Notes: generated from the sequence alone by a model not told the origin. Counted from the stretch's first letter, positions 11,457-24,239 are shown. The stretch is 64,000 nt of DNA from Sphyrna mokarran (GCA_024679065.1 JAGIQG010000010.1:52886001-52950000), one strand, 5' to 3'. A program made the numbers and translations.

Positions 11457-12449
11457 GATAAACATTCACATTCAAATAGGTTTACCAATTTTCCTATCTC
11501 ATGTTTCCCTAAAATTAAAAACTTTGACGTGCACGAAGTCTAAAATAAAGGAAATGAGGAATTTCAATCAAATTGAAAGCAAATGATTAGTTCGTTTCAA
11601 AGTTGTGCTACAGTGATTACAAATGCTTCCATCACTTTGTACAATGCTCAATGCAGCCTAAATGTGAAGTGAAATTCACAGAGTTGCCATTGGACAGCAA
11701 AAATGCTTTTTTTTTTATAATGTCCATTTGTGCCATTTTCTTTTTTCAATCCAATTATAAATTATCACAGTGGCACACTGCCATGAGTTTCTACTACTTA
11801 ACAATTAAAGGGGATTATTGTCACATCAGGAGTACAAACAGTTGCAAATGAAGCCTAAAACTGGTTGTCTGCATGCCAGATAGCTCGTTATAGATTTCTA
11901 AGAAAGCTACAGATTTTCAGTTTTAGTCATAAGAAAGAGTAAGAGCAGGCAAAGGCCATTCAGCTCTTTGAGTTGTCTCCACCATCCAATACAATAATAC
12001 CTCTTAACTGCAGACACAATTTTCCAAGATAATTGTGTTTCCTTCTTCCACTAATGTCCTTCATTTTTTCTCTGAGATTCCATACACCCCTTGTTGGCCA
12101 ATGAGTTAGGGAAGGAACCACAACTCAGTCTATTTGACAGCAAATAAAATTTATTGATTGAGGAAACCAAAAAGCAAACACGACCTATTTAGAAAGAGTT
12201 TCTATGAACCACATCAGGCAGAAGTCATGACTAAAACAACATCAATGTATCTCAATAAAAGCAGGGTAGTTTTTCCAGAAAAATGCAGCAAGTGGAGGAT
12301 AGCAATACAATACTAATTCAATGGTTACATAAAATCAATCATCAATTACAGCACTATGATCTGACAAGAGAATTATTCAATCATCTTCATTCTTCTGGGA
12401 ATATCAGTATTGTATATGCAGCTCCAAATTAAAATCCCCTAACAAACTG

Positions 12450-12768
12450 CTCTCTTTTTTCTTCTCCTGATAAGTATGTATGGTATGTTGTGGTGTGGCT
12501 CTACTAGCGCCAATCACTTCCAGCAGATTGCACAAATAATCATTACTGATGCCTAACCTTAGCAATCAATGTCAGTAAGCTAGTGGACATCACAGCTGAG
12601 CCCCATCCTGTCATTGCAAGTCTACACTCAAATGCTTATGCATAACTCCAGAAGAATTTATCCTCTCTAATCCAAAAGTGCAAAAGCTTTCTCCATGTCT
12701 TGGTAGAAATCAAATAACAACACCAGCCCCTAGCCAAATCAGGGAACTTTCTGGCATGCATGGCTCAG
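12450..12768 (-). mobile_element. LF-SINE-like element (old)
   Basis: Minus strand ctgagccatgcatgccagaaagttccc...gacaggatggggctcagctgtgatg...tcaggagaagaaaaaagagag matches the layout I recall for LF-SINE-related repeats. Confidence 0.6.
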
Positions 12769-13673
12769 TTAAAAAAAAGAAAGCAACACCTGCTTTTAGA
12801 TTAATTAGGAATTTGCCATTCTATCAATAATTGGTCCCGTAGTAGAACGAACTAATGATACATGGTGCATACCAATTTCACATAATTATATATCAGCTGA
12901 TAAAGAAAAGGCAGGTGCAAGATTTATGGATTGTTACATGTCACTGCCTAATCAAGGAAAATTGGCCTGTGTAACTGTATGCATATTGTACACCAACACC
13001 CTAATTGTTAATGAAAGCCTCATGACACACAATTCCCCTGTCAGTATTACAGCTATAAAGGCCTCTTCCCTGTGCTCGAATACAGTGCTAATAGTTGTTA
13101 CATACTAGTTATTATGTAACTAAACCATGGTCAGACTACATATTCGAGAATGTCTCAAATCACTCACTAAAATATAGAACATTTAGTGATTTTACCTAGT
13201 TGTACCAAACACTTTGTCATGATTGGAAACAGGCTGCTCAATATCAGTGCAAATGTGTATAATATTGCCATTCAAATCACATGAATCTAAAATGATAAAT
13301 AAATTTCATAATTGTCAACTGTCACCCTCACTAGGTTAAGCCTAACTGTTGACATAGTGATCGCTGATTCAGTACAAGACCATTCAGCATTTTCCAATTT
13401 TCAGAATAAATTATATGTCAATGATTCATTATTTGAACACTGGAACAAAAAATGGTCAATATATTTAGATCATTAAGTGGAATTTTCTCATCTTTTGGCA
13501 GAGTGGCCGGCCCCATGGGCAGCTTTCTCCCCCGTTTATATTTAGGTTCTTGGATAGAAAGAAGGGGTGGGTTCCACAAAATCATGCTGGCTCTGATTGA
13601 GCCTGCCCCACCAGCAACTGAGTTTCTAAAAGCCTTTTCTAAAAAATAAAAAAAACCCACACCCTTCATGAAG

Positions 13674-15377
13674 AGTCTTTACGGAGGAGGATGTAAATAG
13701 CTTGCCCGAACTCAAGGACAGAGCGTGGTAGGAGATGAGGTCCTTGATGAGATTACAGTCACTAGAGAGGTGGTGCTTGATAGGCTAATGGGGCTGACAG
13801 CAGATAAGTCCCCAGGACCGGATGGAATGCATCCCAGGGTCCTCAAGGAAATGGTACAGATGATAGCAGAAGCCCTGGTAATTATCTTTCAAAATTTGCT
13901 GGACTCTGGAAAAGTGCCGGAAGATTGGAAAACGGCTAATGTTACGTCGCTGTTTAAAAAGGATAGCAGACAGAAGGCAGGAAATTATAGGCCGGTTAGT
14001 TTAATGTCTGTAGTACAAAAAATGCTTGAATCTGTAGTCAAAGCAGAAATAACGAGGCACCTGGATACAAACTGTTTGATCAGGCAGTCACAGCATGGAT
14101 TCGTTAAGGAGAAGTCGTGCTTGATGAATTTATTGGAGTTCTATGAGGAAGTGACTAGTGAAGTAGATAGACGGGAACTGGTGGATGTGGTGTTTTTGGA
14201 TTTCCAGAAAGCATTCGATAAGGTACCTCACAAAAGATTGCTGCAGAAGGTTAAGATGCAGGGAGTCTGGGATAGAGTGTTAGACTGGATAGAGGATTGG
14301 TTGTTTAATAGGAAGCAGAGGGTAGGTATTAATTGGTGCTATTCTGATTGGCAGCTGGTGACTAGTGGAGTGCCCCAAGGTTCGGTGCTGGGGCCTCAAC
14401 TATTTACTATTTACACAGATGATCTGAAGGAAGGGGCTGAGTGCAGGGTGACGAAATTTGCTGATGACACGAAGATGAGTGGAAAAGCAAATTGCGTGGA
14501 GGGTGTGGAAAGCCTGCAGAGGGATCTGGATAGGTTGAGTGAGTGGGTGAGGACCTGGCAGATGGAGTATAATGTTCGCAAGTGTGAGGTTATCCACTTT
14601 GGGAAGAATAATGGTAGGAAGGACTACTATTTAAATGGAGAAAAGCTGCAGCATGCGACGGTGCAGAGGGACCTGGGGTCCTTGTGCATGAATCGCAAAA
14701 ACACAGTATGCAGGTGCAGCAGGTGATTAAGAAGGCGAATGCAATGTTGGCCTTTATAGCTAGGGGGATAGAATATAAAAGTAGGGAGTTTCTGTTGCAG
14801 CTGTATAGGGTGTTGGTGAGGCCGCAGTTGGAGTACTGTGTGCAGTTTTGGTCTCCGCATTTGAGGAAGGATATATTGGCCTTGGAGGGGGTACAGAGAA
14901 GGTTTAGTAGGCTGATACCAGAGATGAGGGCATTGGATTATGATGAGAGACTGAACAGGTTAGGTTTGTATTCTTTGGAGTTTAGAAGGCTGAGAGGGGA
15001 TCTTATAGAAACGTATAAGATAATGAAGGGGGTGGATAAGGTAGAGGTTGAGAGACTCTTTCCGCTTAACAAAGGTAGCGGAACGAAAGGGCGATTGGGG
15101 GGGGGGCAGTTCAGATCGGAGTTGCGGAGGGGTTTCTTCATGCAGAGGGTGGTGAATCTTTGGAATTCTCTGCCTGATGAGGTGGTGGAGGCTTCCTCAC
15201 TGAATATGTTCTAGTCAAGAGTGGATAGGTTTTTGGTTGACCAGGGAATTAAGGGTTACGGGGAGAAAGCGGGAAAGTGGTACTGAACCACTACAGATCA
15301 GCCATGATCTTACTGAATGGCAGGGCAGGCTCAAGGAGGCTGTATGGCCTACTCCTGCTCCTATTTCTTATGTTCTT
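13674..15377 (+). mobile_element. Young 5'-truncated CR1 LINE, same subfamily as 7553-9715
   Basis: ORFs 13725-14726 (333 aa RT) and 14684-15214; (TTCTTATG) tail; candidate TSD ATGAAG at 13668-13673 and 15378-15383. Confidence 0.95.
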
Positions 15378-17130
15378 ATGAAGTTCCTTCGCCACCACAT
15401 GGAACAATCCTTAGCACTGCCTCACAGCATTACTCCCGAGCACATCCATTTTAGAAATTCATCAAAGATGTTTCATCTGTGGATTCTAGAGCTTTTAAGG
15501 GAAGGACAGTTGTTTCGTATGAGAGAAGAGGGTGAGTCCTTACGCAGTGGGCATTTTCAGCAATGCAAATAATACAAGTGTGATCAAAGTAGATGTTAAC
15601 AAGTTTTGGATTATTCACATTTTATATCACTGGACAAAAAGTATGCTGGAGATAATATCACTTCCTGGTTTTCAAAGTGAGGGAAGTTTTGATCATGTTT
15701 TAACAGTGGGTAATGCTTTTCCCCTATTTTCAATTGAATTTCCTTTCCATCACTGAAGTCCATTTAATACTAAAAGCAGTGAAATGACAACGGTGGTGTT
15801 GAATACTTGTACTGTCCCACACGACTTAAACTCCTTTATTGTGTGCATGGTCACTGCTCACGCACTTTGGAGCGGCTGCAGAAAGTCAGAAAGCAGCAAA
15901 ATAACTAACAACAGCAATCATGAGCCGAGCAGATTGTTTTTCTCTCCTGGATTGCCTACAGCAGTAATTGGAAGATTAATTTTCAATTCCAACAGACATC
16001 CAAACAATCGAACAAGGTCTAATTTCAGTGCTGAACATCAATCAAATTCACAGAAATGAAAATCATATAGTAAAAGATTTAGTTTAACTATACTGGGTTT
16101 TCAAAAGGCAAAAAAGCTGATCATGAATGATCCAAAACTGAGATCAATTGTACAAACTTGAATAGTATCATGTTCATTGATGTACAAGATGGACTATTTT
16201 ACAGGGGATTTTTTTCAGCAGCCTTTTTTCTTCTAAATACTTCAACACAATGCTTTCAAATATTTTCTCTCAAAAACGACATTAGATAATGTGCCACCAG
16301 CATCTGTTTCAATAATTATAAAGATTGTGAAACACTGGCACCGTACCCAATATTTCATATTACCTAATACTTGGGTCTTCAACTGATTAAACGGCATCAG
16401 AGACCAGATGCTTCCTTATGTTTTTCACTGCAGTCAAATACATTTCATTCAGGCAAAAGATATTTCATAGTATACATTTATTAGAATTCTGATTTAGGAT
16501 TCAACTCAAATAATAAAGGAAAAGCAGAAATCAAGATAACAAAATAACATTTAGTTTTATTTGTTTTGAGTAGTTTATTATGTTTGAACCATTTATCAAT
16601 CTTTGTAATTCCGGTTATATTTAATTTGTAACATCTGCAACATGCTTGCTCAATTTCACAGTTCATTTCTGAATATTAGTGACTCCATGTATTACATTCA
16701 TCCTAGTTCACAGCAAGTTAGATTTGGCCACCCTGACCTCCACCCTCAACCCTAAGGGCATTCTCATATGATGCTTCACGTGAATTGCCTAAACTAGTAA
16801 GTACTTGTTCTGCTGCAATGAATTTTTGAAATCTCTATTTTTAGGCAAACAGAAAGATCCTTGTCTGATAAATGTATTTTAACCACATTGATGTCTTAGT
16901 GATATATTGATCTTGTTCGTAAAAACTAATAAATAGGTTGTGCCTCTTTTAAAAGAACGCTTATAAATTATAACATATTATAATACTATGCTTATATATG
17001 AAAAATGGTCAGTGTTTTTAAGCTGATTTATATAAATGGTGATTACATTTTTAAAACCAAATCAATTCCACTCATCCACCAGTCTGACATTATAAACATT
17101 TTTGCTGTTTTCAATAAGTTGGCATATATA

Positions 17131-17210
17131 TGATATGGATGTATTTGTTTTTGATATTGATGTATTTGTATATGATATTGATGTATTTGTCGATATTGAT
17201 GTATTTGTTT
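17131..17210 (+). repeat. Minisatellite, about 4 x (GATATTGATGTATTTGT + 1-4 nt)
   Basis: Directly visible tandem units. Confidence 0.9.
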
Positions 17211-17674
17211 TATCCTACAGATACTTCGGTCCGCCTTGTCTAACAAAGGGCACACACGCAATGGGTCATGAGAGGGCTGCTCTTGGATCTTTCGAGAGTA
17301 GCCTAGTGCTTCACGTCGTTAGTGTACGCTTGACCTGGACCATTTGATGGGCAACATGACAACTCAGTGACTATTGCTGTGTTGTGCAGATACATGGATT
17401 TGGGCCTGTATCTGTGGGAGTTTGCGCATTCTCCCTGTGCTTGCGTGGGTTTTCTCTGGGTGCTCCGGTTTCCTCCCACATCCCAAAGATGTGCTCTTAG
17501 GCTGATTGGCAGAACAAATTCTCCCTAAATTGTCTCAAATTTGGTTCTAATGTATAGACCTATAAACATAGACAGGGATGACAGGGATCACGGGTAGAAG
17601 GGGAACATCGATGTGGCAGCGCGGACTCGTTGAGGCAAAGGGCCTGCTTCCCATGCTGTTTTGTTCTTTGTTCT
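17133..17674 (+). mobile_element. Composite retroposon, second copy: minisatellite + unique CpG-containing segment + shared SINE-like 3' module
   Basis: 17369-17674 matches 6850-7147; candidate TSD TATATG at 17127-17132 and 17675-17680. Confidence 0.7.
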
Positions 17675-17839
17675 TATATGTAAGGGTGCATGTAGGACCA
17701 TTTTCTTTTAACCAAAACTTAATTTGGAAATTACAGAAAGTTACTATGTAAAGAAAAATATTTTCCAAGAAATATTTCAAATAATTCAACAGGCTATTTA
17801 ACAATTTGCGACCTAGCCCACTTTTACCCAAGATCCCTC

Positions 17840-18620
17840 AATTTAATCAATTAACAAAAATCAATCAACCACAGATTAAATTAACAGCTGATCTATTATC
17901 AACTGCCATTTGCTAAAAGTTTGAATCTTTTACTAACATTTGTGTGCGTGAAAGTGTTTGCTAATTTCATTCCTGAAAAGTCTGGCTTTATTTTTTTTTA
18001 AAGAGTATACCCCTTAGTCTTAGATTCCTCAACTAGCAGAAATAGCTAGTTTATCTGTATCTAACCTATCCATTCCCCATAATGTCTTGAAAACTTTGAT
18101 CAAATCATCCTTAAATGTTAATTGTGTAATCTCTCCTTTTTTTAACCTTTGGTGTCTGGGTATCCTTCTGGCAAATCTATGCTGCATTATCTCGAAGGCC
18201 AATGCATCTTCCTAAATACTTTCAGTATTCCATTTATGGTCAAACTTTGATTTAGTACAGCTCATGACTTCTACCCCCATTATATTCTCAGATTGGAATT
18301 TTCCAGCTGTTCACACAGATGGGATCTTCTAGTCCCATCATGGGTTTCCCAGCCCCGTGAAATGGCATCAATGAAACTTCCTATTAACAAGTAGAGCTCT
18401 GGAAAGTTAGATGTTCCAATGTTCCATTAGCCATTTTGATTATCTATATCTGTTCATGACATGTTGATGATTTTTGCAAATGGGCACTTTAGTCCCTTTG
18501 GACCTCTAGTACAAGGAGCTTTTCAACCATTTAGAAAATGCACTATCCTTTTTACATCATATCTGGAAGGCTTAATATCTGCTTACAGCTAAATTAATTT
18601 GCCACAGTTTTGCCTGATTA
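17840..18620 (-). mobile_element. Degenerate CR1 3' region
   Basis: Reverse-strand CR1-like phrases (ttgaaaactttgatcaaatcatcctt; atttgccacagttttgcc). Confidence 0.55.
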
Positions 18621-18651
18621 CTTATTTTTACAATATTCTTACAATATCATA

Positions 18652-18978
18652 GGTGGCACAATAGCACAGTGATTAGCACTGCTGTTTCACAGCTCCAGGG
18701 ATCTGGGTTTGATTCCTGGCTTGGGTCACTGTTTGTGTGGACTTTGTACATTCTCTTCATGTCTGCGTGGGTTTCTTCCAGGTGTTCCAGTTTCCTTCCA
18801 CAGTCCAAAGATGTGCAGGTTAGGTAAATTGGCCATACTAAATTGACATAGATGCACAGGTTAGAGGATTAGTGGGTAAAATATGTACAGATGTGCGGGT
18901 AGGACCTGGGTGGGATTGTGGTCGGTGCAGACTCAATGGGCCGAATAGCGTCTTTCTGTACTATAGGGTTTCTATGAT
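18652..18978 (+). mobile_element. HE1/V-SINE-type tRNA-derived SINE
   Basis: A/B-box-like head (gcacagtgattagcactg; gggtttgattcc), central tgtgtggactttgtacattctc...gtttccttccacagtccaaagatgtgcagg, CR1-like tail. Confidence 0.85.
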
Positions 18979-19194
18979 TTTTTTATTTGCTTCTGGAGTC
19001 ATTGTGACATTTTCGCAGTTTCATTCACAATTTGGCCAAAAGCAAATGCTCCATCTTAAATAATCTATTTCTTAAACAATCCTTTCCTAAGATCTAGCCT
19101 CCCTCAGGAAAGCAACAACAGAAATTAATATTTGAGAAATCTTTCTTTTAAATTATTTTTAATTTAAAAAAAGTTTAAATTATTTTTAAATAAT

Positions 19195-19345
19195 TATTTT
19201 TAATCAGTAAGAGAATTGTGTTATGGGAATAAAGTGAAAAAGTGGAGCTGACAATTATCATATCAGACCAGTCATGATCGCAATGAATGGTTGAGCAGAC
19301 TTAATGGGCTGAATGGTCTACTTCTATTTCCATGTCTTATGGTTT
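19195..19345 (+). mobile_element. CR1 3' tail
   Basis: gtcatgatcgcaatgaatggttgagcagacttaatgggctgaatggtctacttct. Confidence 0.7.
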
Positions 19346-19494
19346 TAAATTGCATATGGCACAAAAGCCCTTCACATTTTTCTTTACTATCAATTTTCAG
19401 GTGACAGCTTTTTCCTTTTTTAAATAGAATATTTAACTTTAAGAAGGAAATACTCATCTCCTATCATTTGTTTGCTGCAGAAACAGGATAGCAA

Positions 19495-19870
19495 TAATTG
19501 CAAAGTGCTGGAAAAACTCTAAAGATCTGTCAGTATCTGTGGAGAGAGGAACATAGTCAGCGTTTCAAATCTGATGTGGTTCTTCTTCAAAACTGAAGAG
19601 AGGCAGAAATGTGATAGATTTTGAGTTGTTGAAAAGGGGGAGGGTCAGACACAGCAAAAAGGGAAGGTTATAGATACAGATTATACTATAAAGAATGAAA
19701 GGGAAACAGTGGGAATGGCAGTAGTAAAGGAACAAAGCATTGATAATAGAAGAATAAAGGTCAGCATGTGTTAAATAAAAAAAAAAGCAGAACGTGTTAA
19801 ATAAAAGTCAGTAGTGTCGCAAAACAAAACCTGAGAACAAATGTAGGCTGGCACTGAGGAAAAAGGTTGG
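19495..19870 (-). mobile_element. Penelope-derived fragment
   Basis: tgctggaaaaactc...atctgtggagagag arm followed by purine-rich sequence. Confidence 0.5.
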
Positions 19871-20529
19871 GGTCATACTTGCAGACTGAATAAAGTTGCT
19901 CTGCAAATTGAATAAATAATGCCCAACCAAAATTTGAAATATTTTCTCTGAAATAGATATCATGCCACCAGCATCTAACTGCTTCACCTACAGTAGTATT
20001 TTGTTCTTGTTTTAGTTAGGATAGCTTCTTCATAGCAGTCACCATTATATTGAATGCTACCCTCAAACAGGGTGAGGAAGCAGCAAAGTAACTAGTATCA
20101 CAAATATGAAGTGTGTGTCTTGGTATTATTCCCCAATTCACTTCAACTGCGTTTTTTATATATATATCCTAGTATTATTCAATTGTCAACAGTTAATCAT
20201 CAACAGCAAATTAAGCACAGCTCCTAAAGGAATTAAACAAAAGAATTAACTCACTTGTTGTGGATGGAGAAATCCAAGTTAAAACAATGCATATTTTCCC
20301 AACTAACAGGGAAAAATACAGCTTCCCTTCAATACAATTAATTCTCAATAGGTTAGCATTCCTCCAGCTAGCTTGTGTCCTGCAGCTGTGCTATAAAACT
20401 TTCCAGAAAACATTACCTTATAAAGAAAATACTGCAAACAAGATCGCCAAAATTCTGAAAAGATCTTACATGAATAAAACATTGCAATCCATGTTCCCAG
20501 AATGCTTTGTTTGAAACCTTATTGGTAAA

Positions 20530-20900
20530 TTAAAGAACTTGCATTTATAAAGTGCCTTTCACAATCTCAGAATGTTCCAATTCAATTAGTCAACTAAGTA
20601 CATTGTGAAGTGCGTTCATTCTTACAATACTGGCAAGTGGGACAACCAATTGGCACACAGCAAGATACAACAAACGGCAACAATATTAAAAACTTAATGA
20701 AACTGTTTTAATCGTATAGTTTGAGACATAAATGTGGATACCAGGAGAACTATCTTTATCTTCCTCAATTAATGCTGAGAGATTTGTCATGTTCACCTAA
20801 GAGGACAGACAGGACCCTGATGAACATCTCATCTGAAAGATAAAGCCTGTGCTATCACTGAGCCATGGTGAACTCCAGTCTCAGCATTCAAAAGGAAAAC
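20530..20900 (-). mobile_element. Deu-domain SINE (SacSINE1/AmnSINE-like), old
   Basis: aagaacttgcatttataagtgcctttcacaat tail and catctcatctgaaaga Deu-like motif. Confidence 0.6.
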
Positions 20901-21084
20901 ATGTTACAGACTGATTAACCTTAGTTAGTAAATTGGTGGAAAGTGCTAGTTCAAAAATCTATAAAGCAACATTCCTCTTTAAAAGCTATGGACACCACAA
21001 TGACATTTATAAATTATAACAACTGTGGGACCTTTCCTGCTTAATCAGTAACTAACAGGATTCTATTTTCTACTTGGATATTTA

Positions 21085-21500
21085 AGTGTCAGTTTTGGTG
21101 CAATTGGTAGTACTCTTACCTCTGAATTAAAAAGTTGCGTATTCAAATCTCACTTCAGAACTCAAGGGCGATGATTCAGTATGACCGTCCAATGCAGTAC
21201 TGATGGAATGCTGTTCTGTCAAAGGCGCCATTATCTGCCCTCAGCACTAGCTAAAATATTCTATAAGACTATTTCGAAGAGGAGATGGGAGTTTATCCCC
21301 CATTTACAGACTTATATTTAGTCCTCAAACAGCATCAGAAACAGATTATTTAGTCATATCAAATGCTGCTTGTGCAAGCTTAGTGTACAAATTACTTTGT
21401 TTCTTTTCCTATAACAGTCACTACATTTCAAAAGTTGTTAATTGACTATAAAAACAGTTATTTTGTGATCATGAAAGGTGCTGCATAAATACAAATCTTT
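21085..21500 (+). mobile_element. Deu-domain SINE (SacSINE1/AmnSINE-like), old
   Basis: tRNA-like head ttggtagtactcttacctctgaa...ttcaaatctcac, core gcagtactgatggaatgctg, tail gaaaggtgctgcataaatacaaatcttt. Confidence 0.7.
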
Positions 21501-22869
21501 GGTTTTGAATCTGAAAACAAAGTATTTAAAAGTAAAAGTACCCATCTGTACTCATCAGCTAGTTACTTGAGTCATCTGTAGAAAATATTTATCAATATAC
21601 ATCAGCTCATGATGCCACGATTATACTAGTGGGTTCCTGACAGACCAAGAAAAATAGATTCGGTATATGAATGGAAGCAGTTTTGCAAAAATTCCACTCT
21701 GATAATTAAGTGAAGTTCTTTGTCTTTTGTCGACAGGCAGGAAGCACTAAATAACCCAGCAGTTTGTGCACAATTACATTCTGGCCTGTTTCCTGTAAGT
21801 TTACGGAATGTCTTCCTGTAAGCTTTTGCTTAGTCCCAAAACTCTCTCCTCAAGCCACGTAAAAAATGTACTGGAGGCACACATTTAGGGAACATTTTAT
21901 GCAGTCCAGCCATTAAAGAAAGCTTTATTTGTAAGGGGAAAAAAATTCTTAACACCCTAACAACAAATTATTCCTTTGGTGGGGTACCTCACATTATAGC
22001 TGTTTCCACGTGAATTCCTTAATCCTCAAAGTTCCGTTTTAAACTCTACTGCATTTTCCACAGAGCTCCCCTGTGCTTAAGCAAGCATTCTTGGCTGCAA
22101 CTTGTAGCTAATATAAATCACTGGGGGGGGAAAATAATAGTCAGAGGCTAAATATCACAAATTTTAATACTTCTTTGGGCCTTAGCAAAAATAAAAGTGA
22201 TGAACCTTCTGGCTCTGTCATCAACCCGTGTGCAAATTCAGAACTGGCAAAAGCTGCCAACAACCTCAAAACAACTCCACAAGCTGAGAGTTTTGACCTG
22301 AATATAAACTCACAATGTGTGAAAACAAATACTCAGATAGGCTTCATATCCTAAACTAGAAATACATGCAACATTTCTTCACTTGTATTCAGCAGAAATG
22401 GAAAATAAATCATGTACATGAAACCCCAAAGGGAAAACAGTAATATTGAAGGCATGCAATTGGTACCATCTTTCTACCATACTCCAGAGTATATGCCCTT
22501 GGAGAAATCTTACATTAATGCAATGCATTCAGGTTAATGTTAAACAGGAGTTGGCTATTTTGCCCCTCAAACCTATTTTGCCATTCAGTGAGATTATGGC
22601 TAATGGCCAAGTGATTTAACTCCACTTGTACCCAAATCCTTTATTACCTTTAGTTATCAAATCTATCAATCTCAGATTTAAAATTAATGATAAATTAGTT
22701 AGATCATTACCTCCCATATAGAATAATCACTCATCGGTTCAGGAGTCACTGTATTTCGTAATTCTTCTCACACTATTGCAGAGACTCTCCAGGGTCAGAC
22801 TGCATTGTATTCATTCTCCCTGTACATCCCTAGTTGACACTGTCCTTCCCCTTCAAAAAGACTCGGGTA

Positions 22870-23296
22870 ACTTGACAGCATCCAGGACACAGCAGCCCAC
22901 TTGACTGGCACTCCAACCACTATTTTAAACACTGACATCCTTCACCACTAATGCCAGTAGCAGCAGTGTGTACCATCTACAAGACACACTACAGAGACTC
23001 ATTAAGGCTTCTTTGACAGTAACTTCCAAGGCAATGACCCTCCACCACTTTGCAGGACAAATGCAGAAGATACATGGGAACACCACCACCTGCAAGTTCT
23101 CCTCCAAGCCACTCACCATCCTGACTTGGAAATATATCACTGGGTCAAAATCCTGCAATTCCCTTCCTAACAGCATCATGAGTAAACCATGGACTGCAGC
23201 AATTCAGGAAGGTGGCATCAACTTCTCATGGGCAATTAGGGATGGTTAATAAATGCTGGCCTAGCTGGCAATCCCACATCCTATAAAACAATTAAA
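22870..23296 (+). mobile_element. L2/CR1-group LINE 3' end
   Basis: ORF 22968-23249 remnant; ctgcaagttctcctccaagcc...gggcaattagggatgg...aataaatgctggcctagc. Confidence 0.8.
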
Positions 23297-23809
23297 ATGC
23301 GGTATAAATAGTAATAAACGCAAAAATAATCTACAACGCATTTGGTGAATTAGATGCCCTCAAAGGTCCCTCTTCAGGACCTTTTTCAACTGCAACCCAT
23401 TGGTTCCTCAGTAGTTTACATCATCAAACATATATATGAAATCAATGCCACTGGAATCAGATTTAATTCCAGAATTTAATACCAATTCAATAATTATTTT
23501 GAAAAAGTGCTTCATTGGTTTTAAATACTTTGGGCCCCTCTGTGGTCATAAAAGGGATCATATAAATACAAGCTCTCTTTATGTATAATTTTATATATTT
23601 TTTCAGTTGATTGTTGTGCTGAATTGTTCACTTAAATGTGCATCACATTTTTTATGTAGCACACATTTGCTCAAATTAAGGCATTGTGTGCTTCTGATAA
23701 GATATTAAATTTAAAGCATTTAAAATCTGAATATGACAAAAGGGAAAAAACATAGTTCAACACGGACTATTACATGGAGAGCAGAGTCATTATTCCATAT
23801 ATTGTGTTA

Positions 23810-24165
23810 TCTCAGCTAGCAAAACACTGCTACAGGATCAGAAATTAGTGGTTTTGATCCCACACCAGGATATTCCAGTACTAAGGGAATACTGCAGTTC
23901 TGAGGCCCAGTCTACTCTTTTCAATTATGTTAAAAATCCCAAAGCACTATTCAAGATATGCTCCTGGTGGTCTGGCCAATATCCCTTCCTTCCTTCAATA
24001 TTACCACCGGAAACAGAATAAATAACTTACCATCCGATGCCGCTTTTTGGGAAGTTGCCTATACAGAACTATCATTTATAAAACAGTAGCGACATTCAGG
24101 ATATAATTACTTACACGAAATGCCTCGAGATGTTCGGGCATTACAAAGAATGTACGAATAAACTT
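23810..24165 (+). mobile_element. Degenerate Deu-domain SINE
   Basis: ccagtactaagggaatactgca...gcactattcaag...tcctggtggtctggccaatat. Confidence 0.55.
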
Positions 24166-24239
24166 ATTTTATTTGGATATTGTGTACTTAGTCTGCTTTT
24201 AACTTCAGATTCTAGGCCACTGTAGTCATCTAGTATTTT

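Noticed and set aside
13725-15214. 333-aa RT ORF as an intact gene or a retron-like system
   Set aside because: It is a 5'-truncated, frameshifted CR1 ORF2 with a LINE tail, and there are no prokaryotic features.
16481-16654. Possible minus-strand terminal exon with AATAAA
   Set aside because: An acceptor-like site is present, but the peptides are unrecognisable and AATAAA is common in such AT-rich DNA.
17131-17210. CRISPR-like array
   Set aside because: The units are near-contiguous with no unique spacers and no cas genes; it is a minisatellite.
18652-18725. tRNA gene
   Set aside because: The A/B-box-like motifs are the head of a SINE and continue into the SINE core; no full cloverleaf.
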